A stretch of DNA of 64,000 nucleotides, taken from Verrucomicrobiota bacterium (GTDB lineage Bacteria; Verrucomicrobiota; Kiritimatiellia; CAIVKH01). Shown here piece after piece: positions 56,856 through 64,000 of this stretch. Where the stretch lies: the NCBI GenBank assembly GCA_024233345.1, contig JACKPT010000011.1, forward strand, positions 71,516 to 135,515, in the 5' to 3' direction. Position 1 is the first letter of the stretch. Each line of letters opens with the position of its first letter. The notes beneath the pieces are model-generated. The model saw nothing but the letters and a program-made list of their open reading frames with translations, made no database searches and was not told the DNA's origin. A program made the position numbers and the translations under genes.

Positions 56856-57806
56856 ATGAGTTCCATTTTAGTTACCGGCGCGGCGGGCTTTATCGGGTCC
56901 CACCTGTGTGAGGCATTGCTCGCGGAAGGACATTCGGTCACCGGATTGGATGCCTACATCCCCTACTATCCCCGCACCATCAAGGAGCGCAACCTCACCA
57001 ACCTGACCACGCACCCCAACTTTCGGCTTCTGGAACTGGACTTGCGCCGGGATGATCTCGCCCCCGCAGTGGAAGGTCAGGAGGTTCTGTTTCATCTCGC
57101 GGCCATGCCCGGGTTGATGAAGAGCTGGAGTGATTTTGCCCTGTACTCCACCTGTAATATCGAAGCGACGCAACGCCTGCTCGAAGCCGTGCGCTCGACC
57201 GGACTTGCCCAGTTTATTCACGTCTCCACCTCCAGTGTGTATGGCCGGGAAGCCACCGGCCCCGAGACCACCGAGCTTTCCCCATTCTCTCCCTACGGCT
57301 TGACCAAACTGGCTGCGGAAAACCTCTGCCGGGCCTATGAGGCCAATTTCGGCCTGCCCATCACCATTCTTCGCTATTTTTCTGTCTATGGCCCCCGGCA
57401 GCGTCCCGATATGGCCTACACCATCCTGATTCGCAACCTGCTGCGCGGTGAAGCCTTTACCTTGTTCGGCGATGGCGAGCAAACCCGAAGCAACACCTAT
57501 GTCAGTGACTGCGTAAGAGCCACCATGCTCGCCATGAAACATCGCGATCAGGCGCTCGGTGAAGTTTTCAATATCGGCGGCGGCGAAATTATTTCCCTGA
57601 ATGCAGTGATTGCCCTGCTCGAGGAACTGACCGGCAACCAGGCGGTGATTGAGCGGAAGGAAGCCCGGCCCGGAGATCAGAAGCACACGGCCGCTGACAT
57701 CACGAAGGCCCGCGAACGGCTCGGTTACGCCCCTAGGATGCCGGTTCGTCAGGGGCTGGAGAATCAGGTTTCGTGGGTTCGTTCGGTTCTGGACTCGATG
57801 AACTGA
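56856..57806 (+). CDS. NAD-dependent sugar-nucleotide epimerase/dehydratase
   Basis: ILVTGAAGFIGSHLCEALL Rossmann motif, SPYGLTKLAAE (YxxxK), 316 aa. Confidence 0.85.
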   Translation: MSSILVTGAAGFIGSHLCEALLAEGHSVTGLDAYIPYYPRTIKERNLTNLTTHPNFRLLELDLRRDDLAPAVEGQEVLFHLAAMPGLMKSWSDFALYSTCNIEATQRLLEAVRSTGLAQFIHVSTSSVYGREATGPETTELSPFSPYGLTKLAAENLCRAYEANFGLPITILRYFSVYGPRQRPDMAYTILIRNLLRGEAFTLFGDGEQTRSNTYVSDCVRATMLAMKHRDQALGEVFNIGGGEIISLNAVIALLEELTGNQAVIERKEARPGDQKHTAADITKARERLGYAPRMPVRQGLENQVSWVRSVLDSMN

Positions 57807-59457
57807 TTGCCTCGGCATCCGTAGGAGCATCCCCTTGGCCGACCTTGCGCGGCGCGACCTCCGGCGCTGGCGGCTCATCAACAGGTTCCGGGGCGGCCAG
57901 CGGTTCGTCGGTGGCGGGCTCCGCGATGGCCGCCGTTGGCGTAGCCACCGTTGCTTCATCCGGAGGAAGACTCCCTTTGACTGGCTCGCCGGTTTTCATG
58001 GATTGCACATCGATCCGGTGACTACCGGGCAGGGCTAGCGCGCCATTGTGAAACTCAATCACATGGCCCTTATCGATCAGCCAGGTCAAGGGCTTCAGGA
58101 ATGCCACCACTTTTTCCGAGTCCAACGGCTCATCCGGCATGATTTTCTGCGCCAGTTGCTTCCGGCTCCACCCCGGGTGCTCGACCAGCAGTTCATGCAT
58201 CTGCCGAATCGAATCGATCGCGTGATCAGCATCCAGTGGTTTCGGGGGAATCGCGGTGACATAGGTCTCGCCCTTTCCCGCCTTGAACAGATGTAGCTTC
58301 ATCCGCTTGAAGGCCGGACGCAGTGCCAGCATCATGGTCAATGGGAACCGGCGCTCACGCGCGGTGGCGGCATAGATCGTGTTTCGCAGCCGTTCATCGG
58401 TTACCGCCGGCGCCGCAACCGCAGGCAGGATCGCCCGGTTGCCTTCGCGAATTGCCCCCGCCAGATGCTGCTGCACAATGACCTCGCAAGCTTCGTCCCG
58501 CGTGTAGGTCTTTTCCGCCTCCCCTTCACCCGCGTCCTTGCGCTTGTACACCTTCTGGTGACGGAAGGATTCCCGCCACTGCTCGATCACCTCCGGCTCC
58601 CGAACCATCTCAATGAAACCGCGGACGGCATCGATGGACAAATTCGGGAAGTGGGATTGCTGTAGTTGCAACAAACCCTCTTGGAATGCATGGTAATTGG
58701 GAGGCCCGATCAGGGTACCGGTTCGCCGGCACCGCCCCACACAGACAAAATTACCCGCAGGGGGCTCGGTCACCACATCCTCGACTGTAAATACCTTGTC
58801 CAGCAAGTCTCCCATGACATGCTGTACAGCTTCTTCCCGCTGCAGAAAGAGGTGACGATCGCCCGTGGTTTGATAAAAAATAACCGGGTTCTCGGGGGTG
58901 CCCGGTCCATCGCCGCCACCCTTCGCTTTGGCACTCCGGGGTTCGATTTTCAACAAATAGAGTTCCGGCTTGGCGAGAAATAGATTGGCCAGATCGTGCA
59001 AGGGGGCCGCCCGCTTCCACGCGATCATTTGACGAACCACTGCCCCCAACTGGTCGCGCTCCGGAATGAAGGAGATATCGACTGGCAACATGGGGCGGGG
59101 TGCTGGCCGACCGCGATCCTCGCGATACGAATGACCACCCTGCGACTGACCGTGACGCTGGTCGGGGCGTTTGCCGCCGGACCCGGGCCGGCCATCCCTG
59201 GGGGGACCACGCCGCCCCTCCCCTTTCCGCTTGGATGCATCATGTCGCCCCGGCGAAGTACGACCACTTCGCTCCTGTCCTGGACGCCGTTTCGAGTCGC
59301 GGCGATCATCAAATGATACACCTCCAGACTCCTGTTTGGCCCAGGTGGGTACCATATTGAACCCCTGCAACAAATCCCCGATCGGTGCGTCCGAGGCGGG
59401 TTGGGACGGGGTGGCTTCGGGCACGGGCGTGTCGTTCTGGTTGGACTCGTCTGTCAT
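57733..59457 (-). CDS. hypothetical protein with Arg/Gly-rich disordered N-terminus and Pro/Glu/Ala-rich tail
   Basis: 574-aa ORF with a structured-looking central ~380 aa. No motif recognised. The last 24 codons overlap the 3' end of the convergent epimerase gene. Confidence 0.55.
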   Translation of the reverse strand: MTDESNQNDTPVPEATPSQPASDAPIGDLLQGFNMVPTWAKQESGGVSFDDRRDSKRRPGQERSGRTSPGRHDASKRKGEGRRGPPRDGRPGSGGKRPDQRHGQSQGGHSYREDRGRPAPRPMLPVDISFIPERDQLGAVVRQMIAWKRAAPLHDLANLFLAKPELYLLKIEPRSAKAKGGGDGPGTPENPVIFYQTTGDRHLFLQREEAVQHVMGDLLDKVFTVEDVVTEPPAGNFVCVGRCRRTGTLIGPPNYHAFQEGLLQLQQSHFPNLSIDAVRGFIEMVREPEVIEQWRESFRHQKVYKRKDAGEGEAEKTYTRDEACEVIVQQHLAGAIREGNRAILPAVAAPAVTDERLRNTIYAATARERRFPLTMMLALRPAFKRMKLHLFKAGKGETYVTAIPPKPLDADHAIDSIRQMHELLVEHPGWSRKQLAQKIMPDEPLDSEKVVAFLKPLTWLIDKGHVIEFHNGALALPGSHRIDVQSMKTGEPVKGSLPPDEATVATPTAAIAEPATDEPLAAPEPVDEPPAPEVAPRKVGQGDAPTDAEAISSSSPEPNEPTKPDSPAPDEPAS

Positions 59458-59571
59458 ATCAGGTCAAGAATCATGAGCCGATGATTAAAACAACCACCTT
59501 GCTGGCCCAGAAAATAGTGCATTCGCCTGCGGATAGGAAGCATTTAATCCAAGTGTAAGCTTTTACAAGTG

Positions 59572-59588
59572 TGGTATACTAACCGGTA
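59572..59588 (+). promoter_or_regulatory. extended -10 element (TGgTATACT) 7 nt upstream of the ATG, a possible leaderless transcript
   Basis: TG at 59572-59573, TATACT at 59575-59580, ATG at 59588. No Shine-Dalgarno can fit in between. Confidence 0.3.
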
Positions 59589-61342
59589 TGACCATGATCC
59601 AAGCAGACAACCGCCGATACGCCGCCCGGGTGCCGGAATCCGAACTCGAACGGTATTCCTCCGCCGCCACACTCTCCGACATGGAAATCTTTGTCTTCCC
59701 GGATCTCCTGTTCAGCCTGATCCTCGCCAATCTGACCTCGCCCCGGTTATGGGCCTGGCGGGACGATGACTGGTTTCGATCCATTGCCAAACTGTCGCCC
59801 TACCGTCGGGTTCAACGGCTCAAGCAATACATCATCGACCATTACGAATTCAATCTCGACCTCGATACCTGGGGCATTACCGAGCAGGCCACGGAGCTGA
59901 AACGCTTTGCCCGGTGGATTGACGAAGAAACGGTTAGCCGTAGTAATGCCCTGTTTGGATACGAAGGGGATCAGTACTACTTTGACTTGGATATTCGTAA
60001 GCACTTTGGCCTCGATCAATATGGAGCAGAGGTCATTCCCTACTGGAAAACTGAAACCCTCGAGGCTATGGATGCCTTCACCCATCGCGAAGGTTATGCC
60101 CTGGGAGCTGGCGAATGTGTGTCGCTTTCCACCTTGTATGCGGCGGCAATGTTCGTGGTCTGCGGCATCTCCCTTGATCATGTCTACTCGGTGGCCACCC
60201 CGCTCCACTCCCAGAACTTCATCGCCATCCAGGATGGGATTCTTACCAATAACCGCCGGATCGTGACGAAAAACATGTGGTTCAACGGGACCGAGCAAAC
60301 CTACAAGGCCCAACGCGCATTGCGGCATGAACAAGTGACCATCGTCGCCCACCACTCCGGGTACATTCATACCGTCTACCCGGAAGCCACCATCGATCCC
60401 ACCGCCTACGAAGCGTTCAAGAAAAGTCTGGCCGCCTACCTGACCACCGATGTGAATATGGAAATCCTCGCCAATTTCCTCCGGCAACACAGCGACCTCC
60501 AAAAATGTTTCCAGTTCTGCTATGACTGCCATGGCAAGGGGAAGTGGATCGAAGCGGAAAAAGTCTATGCCTATGAACACACCGGCCCCTACAAAGCCAG
60601 CGACAAGTCCCGCGACAAACTGCTCGCAGAAATTGACGAATACTACTTCTACACCGAGAAAATCCCCGGGCGGATTTGCATCAACCTGCTGGAGGCAATC
60701 TTTTCATCCCGGCCCTTCGATCTGAGCAATCCCGAACATGTGAAGGAATTGGAGGACACCCTCGATTGTGAATGCAACGCTGTGCATGAGGTCATGGCGC
60801 GGCTCATCGAGTTTACCCGGTTGCAACCCCGGTTCCCCGATGCCACCGCGAACAAGACCTTTGTCGCCACCGATGAACCCCTGGGCCTGAATCCGGAGAT
60901 GAGTCGGGAGGAGATTCTAGCCCGATTGGAAAGTATACGCGAACGATCCAGGATCGCCGACCTTAGCTTTTACGCTGCCCGTGATCTGGCCCGAACCGAT
61001 TGGACCCCATTTGCCATCGGGGCCATCCAGCGGAACCCGGTCAGCATTCTGGCTGCCGAAAAACTGTCCGATGAAGAGGTTGTCGCCCGCCTGCGGGAAT
61101 GGCCGGATGAATCCATCTATGGGGAGTCCCGCTGCGCCCACCCCGATGAGGTCTGGAACTATGCCCGTGGTGACGGCTTTGAAAAAGCCCTCTGCCTCGC
61201 CAACATTCTCCATGCCAGACACCCGGAGGCAAAACTGCACCTGGAAGTCGAATCGGATACCGTAATCCTGACCCGAGGCGAGGAGCGATGGACCTTTGCC
61301 AGTAGCAAAGGTTTATCTGGGAGCATTCAGGTCGGGCCGTAG
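59588..61342 (+). CDS. hypothetical protein with transglutaminase/papain-like Cys-His core
   Basis: 584 aa. LGAGECVSLSTLYAAAMFVVCGISLDHVYSVATPLHSQNFIAIQDGILTNN matches the G-x-C-x(3)-[SA]-x-L ... H ... D/N arrangement of transglutaminase-like thiol enzymes (Cys codon at 60116-60118). The rest is unrecognised. Confidence 0.55.
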   Translation: MTMIQADNRRYAARVPESELERYSSAATLSDMEIFVFPDLLFSLILANLTSPRLWAWRDDDWFRSIAKLSPYRRVQRLKQYIIDHYEFNLDLDTWGITEQATELKRFARWIDEETVSRSNALFGYEGDQYYFDLDIRKHFGLDQYGAEVIPYWKTETLEAMDAFTHREGYALGAGECVSLSTLYAAAMFVVCGISLDHVYSVATPLHSQNFIAIQDGILTNNRRIVTKNMWFNGTEQTYKAQRALRHEQVTIVAHHSGYIHTVYPEATIDPTAYEAFKKSLAAYLTTDVNMEILANFLRQHSDLQKCFQFCYDCHGKGKWIEAEKVYAYEHTGPYKASDKSRDKLLAEIDEYYFYTEKIPGRICINLLEAIFSSRPFDLSNPEHVKELEDTLDCECNAVHEVMARLIEFTRLQPRFPDATANKTFVATDEPLGLNPEMSREEILARLESIRERSRIADLSFYAARDLARTDWTPFAIGAIQRNPVSILAAEKLSDEEVVARLREWPDESIYGESRCAHPDEVWNYARGDGFEKALCLANILHARHPEAKLHLEVESDTVILTRGEERWTFASSKGLSGSIQVGP

Positions 61343-61362
61343 GACGATTTCAGGTTGGGAGG

Positions 61363-61390
61363 GCCACGGGCAGGCTGCCCGTGCCACTTT
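61363..61390. terminator. hairpin between convergent genes (possible bidirectional terminator)
   Basis: CACGGGCAG / CTGCCCGTG 9-bp inverted repeat at 61365-61383, flanked by a modest T-rich stretch. Confidence 0.45.
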
Positions 61391-61402
61391 GTTGATCACG
61401 GA

Positions 61403-62440
61403 TCAGGCGGCCGGGAACTTGTCCAGCATGCCCCGCTTGTAGAGCAGTCGCATCGCATAACAGTCCAGAAAGTGTCCGGCTTTGTAGGATTCAATATGCC
61501 CGCAGAATCGACCTTCCTCAAGCAAAGCAATCGCGGCCAACAAATCCAGAGTCGATCGATGCCAGACCGCTTCCAGTGATTTGCTCTCATGCATCAGCTT
61601 GGGTTCATTCAGATAGCCCCATTTACCCGCGATCAGAATATTCTCTGCGGAATAACCAAGATTCCGGACATCTGCGAACAGTTTTCCGACCGTTCGGCAG
61701 TATAGCATTTTCAGGAACGACGTATTGGTTCTTGCCTCGGTTCCCTGTCGAAATATTTCCTCCGTCAAAGGGTAGCGTAACCGCTGCTTTCCGATTGCCG
61801 TGGTAAAATCAATCGCACAATCCAGGGTGAGGACCGGCTCAGGCCCCGTGCACGGGTGGAAAATCAGAAAGGCTCCTGAGGGAAGCGCAACCGTGACCTT
61901 CTCCTTAACCGTGAACCAATTCACCGGCTTTCCGGTTTCCCGGGTGCCTGCCGACTCCAGGGCTTCCATGAGATCCAAGCTCCCCCGATTAAACAAGGGA
62001 GGATCACCCGAGCCCACCCGGATCATGACATTATCGATGGGCAAGCCACATTTCAGGGCGACAATATGCTCGACCATCCGTACATAATTTTGAGGTGGTC
62101 CACTTCGCAAAACGATATTGCTTACCACATCCCCGGTCGTCCAGACATTGCGGATAGAGACCCGGATCGGCAATGAATCCTCCAGATCCTCGCGGCAAAA
62201 CCACCACCCTTCCAGGTCGGTCGGCTCAAACCGCAGCGTCCGGGTTTCCTTACCAAAAAAGGTCCCGGGGCCGGATACTTGCACAGGGTTTGCCAAAGTC
62301 GCTTGTCGGCGAGGAACAAACGCCTTGGCGGACTGCCCCAATAGATCCAAATCCACCGCCTGGGCAAGAAATGCCTCATAAGCCGGACGGAGCGTATCCA
62401 TATTGCCCGCCAATACTGTTCCAAATCGTTCCTGAGTCAT
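61403..62440 (-). CDS. divergent LpxC-family (UDP-3-O-acyl-GlcNAc deacetylase-like) protein
   Basis: Colinear with E. coli LpxC: MVEHIVALKCGLPIDNVMIRV (cf. [21 protein letters not shown]), DPPLFNRGSLDLMEAL, ARTNTSF, WHRSTLDLL, SYKAGHFLD (cf. AYKSGHALN). Start set at ATG 62440; the track start at 62656 is unlikely. Confidence 0.65.
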   Translation of the reverse strand: MTQERFGTVLAGNMDTLRPAYEAFLAQAVDLDLLGQSAKAFVPRRQATLANPVQVSGPGTFFGKETRTLRFEPTDLEGWWFCREDLEDSLPIRVSIRNVWTTGDVVSNIVLRSGPPQNYVRMVEHIVALKCGLPIDNVMIRVGSGDPPLFNRGSLDLMEALESAGTRETGKPVNWFTVKEKVTVALPSGAFLIFHPCTGPEPVLTLDCAIDFTTAIGKQRLRYPLTEEIFRQGTEARTNTSFLKMLYCRTVGKLFADVRNLGYSAENILIAGKWGYLNEPKLMHESKSLEAVWHRSTLDLLAAIALLEEGRFCGHIESYKAGHFLDCYAMRLLYKRGMLDKFPAA

Positions 62441-62535
62441 TCGATTACATAGCCTCTTAAAACGCGAAGCATACAGACAGAAACTCAACTTGCCAACTGG
62501 AGAACCCAGTATCTTCCATCGGTAATTCATACTTG

Positions 62536-62557
62536 CCAACCAGCCTCCAACCAGCCT
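62536..62557. repeat. tandem 11-mer CCAACCAGCCT x2
   Basis: Read directly at 62536-62546 and 62547-62557. The related decamer ACTTGCCAAC occurs at 62488-62497 and 62531-62540. Confidence 0.9.
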
Positions 62558-62578
62558 ACTGTCCAACTTTCCCGATGG

Positions 62579-62640
62579 CGGGGCGTGGCTCCCTGTCTGC
62601 CCGAGCGCCGCAATAGCGGGGCAAAGGCGGAAGCCTGGTA
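62579..62640 (+). repeat. degenerate partial copy of the tRNA-Pro 5' region
   Basis: CGGGGCGTGGCTC (62579-62591) is identical to tRNA positions 62673-62685. AGCCTGGTA (62632-62640) is identical to 62686-62694. The two blocks are colinear but separated by 40 nt. Confidence 0.6.
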
Positions 62641-62672
62641 AAACAGGCAACGTCACAATGCGATGGTCAATA

Positions 62673-62749
62673 CGGGGCGTGGCTCAGCCTGGTAGAGCGC
62701 TACGTTCGGGACGTAGAAGTCGCTGGTTCAAATCCAGTCGCCCCGACCA
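62673..62749 (+). tRNA. tRNA-Pro (anticodon CGG), CCA encoded
   Basis: Cloverleaf by hand: acceptor CGGGGCG/CGCCCCG, D-arm GCTC-AGCCTGGTA-GAGC, anticodon arm CTACG-TTCGGGA-CGTAG, T-arm GCTGG-TTCAAAT-CCAGT, discriminator A, then CCA. Confidence 0.9.
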
Positions 62750-64000
62750 TTTTAGATTTCCGGCGATTTCGCCGCCCTCCGCGTCAGCGGAGGCGGCGTG
62801 CGCGATGATTGACCACGGCTCGGGAAACTCGACTGCGAGAACCGGGACCGGCCTGTCAGCCCACCTTGACGACGACCCCTTGACGGACGTTTTCGCCGTC
62901 GCCGAATCGTGCGATTCGGCGACGGGTGACAGCGACTTGCCGGACGCCGCCGACGTGTCGGCGGCGGTGGAAGTGACTGCGGGAGAAGCGACTTGCGACT
63001 TGTCCGCCGAATCCTCGGCGGATGATGGCCCGGCCTTTCTCATCGGGGGAGAGGGAGAATCGGAATCGGGTTCGATGGAGTCGCGTGCGGCGAAGCCGCC
63101 GCGACGAGATGCACTCTTTGCCGCACGTTCTTTGGAGGCTCGCGCGCGCCGCCCGGCGGCGCTCCCCGGTCGTTTCGGCTCGATCATGGATAGGTTCGAG
63201 CCGATTCGACGATGAAAATCCCGCAATTCCTGCTCGGTTCCAGAAAGTGCCGTAGTTTCCGCGAGAATTGCGTCATTCAGGAAAGATTCGAGAGGTTCGA
63301 GCCAAGCGCTCCCCTCTCGCTCGATTCGGCGGATTCGTTCCCTGATGCCCGTCTTCTCGTGAAGGAGTTCGTCTTTCTTGCAGGCGTAGTCGGCTTGCTC
63401 AAGAGAGCCGTCAAGATACACGTCGAGAAGCCGGGAGAGGCGAGTCTCGGCCTTGGCGAGTCTCGCCTTCTCCCCGGCAAGCTCGTCCGTGCGGCAGTCG
63501 GATTCCGTCTGCCGCCATTCCTTGACCTGGGCGAGCATGTCGGCTCCGGGCTCTGCCGGAATCGACGCGCTCGCGGTAACGGACCGAAGTTCATCGGTGA
63601 GGGCTTCCTCACGGATGAACCGTTTCTGTGAGCACGGCCCCAGCTTGCGGGTGCATCGGTAGTAGTGGTGTCCCTTCTGCCGCTCGCCCGTGATGGCCGC
63701 GCCACACTCGCCACACTGGATGAAGCCGAGATATGGCAGCGGTTGCCTTCGCGCCTTGTGGGGCCGTCCGCGTCGCGTCATGACGTTTTGAACCTCGTCG
63801 AAGAGCGCCTTGCTCACAAGGGGCTCGTGCGTCCCGTCGTGGGTTTCGCCCGCAAATTGAAAAAGGCCGATATAGAACGGACTGGCAAGAAGCCGGGGGA
63901 GCATGCTGCGGGCAATGGGCTTCTCCCGGTGACTGGTCAGTCCCCAGCCCGTGACGAGTTCATGCAGGTCGTCGAACGTGTAGCGGCCGGTTGCGTAGGC
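62684..64000 (-). CDS. large serine recombinase, C-terminal ~438 codons (N-terminus beyond the right edge)
   Basis: The reading frame is open from 64000 (AYATGRYTFDDLHELVTGWGL...). Recombinase-domain block LLASPFYIGLFQFAGETHDGTHEPLVSKALFDEV, zinc ribbon CGECGAAITGERQKGHHYYRCTRKLGPC and a coiled coil, then a ~190-aa Ser/Ala/Asp-rich tail whose last codons are antisense to the tRNA. Confidence 0.8.
   Translation of the reverse strand, partial: AYATGRYTFDDLHELVTGWGLTSHREKPIARSMLPRLLASPFYIGLFQFAGETHDGTHEPLVSKALFDEVQNVMTRRGRPHKARRQPLPYLGFIQCGECGAAITGERQKGHHYYRCTRKLGPCSQKRFIREEALTDELRSVTASASIPAEPGADMLAQVKEWRQTESDCRTDELAGEKARLAKAETRLSRLLDVYLDGSLEQADYACKKDELLHEKTGIRERIRRIEREGSAWLEPLESFLNDAILAETTALSGTEQELRDFHRRIGSNLSMIEPKRPGSAAGRRARASKERAAKSASRRGGFAARDSIEPDSDSPSPPMRKAGPSSAEDSADKSQVASPAVTSTAADTSAASGKSLSPVAESHDSATAKTSVKGSSSRWADRPVPVLAVEFPEPWSIIAHAASADAEGGEIAGNLKWSGRLDLNQRLLRPERSALPG
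62750..64000. mobile_element. left end of a putative integrative element inserted at the tRNA-Pro 3' end
   Basis: The serine recombinase gene directly abuts the tRNA 3' end, and this stretch looks GC-richer by eye than the rest of the window. The other end lies outside the window. Confidence 0.5.

Noticed and set aside
56868-57959. 363-aa minus-strand ORF
   Set aside because: It is antisense to the epimerase gene and out of frame with the 574-aa gene. The translation is Arg/Pro/Gly-rich.
62658-63215. 185-aa plus-strand ORF starting upstream of and reading through the tRNA
   Set aside because: It begins across the tRNA-Pro gene and is low-complexity. The opposite frame is contiguous with the serine recombinase and is the more plausible coding frame.
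1-64000. Search for CRISPR arrays, IS elements or transposases, toxin-antitoxin pairs, retron or DGR-like repeats, and rRNA genes
   Set aside because: I found no regularly spaced direct repeats, no transposase-like ORFs, no template/variable repeat pairs and no rRNA signatures on reading either strand. An exhaustive repeat search would need software.

Overview
This looks like a chromosomal segment from a moderately GC-rich diderm (Gram-negative-type) bacterium. The evidence is TolC-like, Mla, LptF/G, GspC-like and LpxC-like genes. The lineage cannot be fixed from sequence alone; a PVC-group organism is only a guess. I call about 60 protein genes, mostly housekeeping: glgA, rnr, pcnB, dinB, rlmM, cysE, cdd, htpG, bioA, glmM, pyrH, frr, an acyl-CoA synthetase and a DsbD/ScsB-like reductase. 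I also call a type-A RNase P RNA on the minus strand (about 19520-19912, hidden under spurious ORFs in the track), one tRNA-Pro(CGG) at 62673-62749, and a few hairpin terminators and promoter-like sites. Many genes are joined by 4-nt ATGA start/stop overlaps, and I used these to correct several over-long ORF-track starts. I saw no CRISPR array, transposase or IS, or obvious toxin-antitoxin pair. The only clearly accessory DNA starts right after the tRNA-Pro 3' end, where a large serine recombinase gene runs off the right edge. The candidates most worth a second look are: (1) a ten-gene, start/stop-overlapped operon (1798-13818) with three consecutive SPFH/band-7 genes, one fused to a polytopic membrane domain, lying between a split ABC-2 transporter and a P1B metal ATPase, followed by an unknown helical protein, an M23 peptidase and an outer-membrane barrel. 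(2) A papain-like peptidase, RimK-type ATP-grasp and GCS2-type ligase cluster (22666-26181), which predicts non-ribosomal peptide or tag synthesis with no known product. (3) An mlaEFD operon led by a 487-aa protein built from about twenty W/F-P-[LIF]-[YFW] hairpin repeats (41823-43286). (4) Three uncharacterised or divergent genes next to the tRNA (57733-62440): an RG-rich 574-aa protein, a 584-aa protein with a transglutaminase-like Cys/His core, and a divergent LpxC-family protein. None of these can be shown to be novel without database searches, and I state the decisive checks for each.
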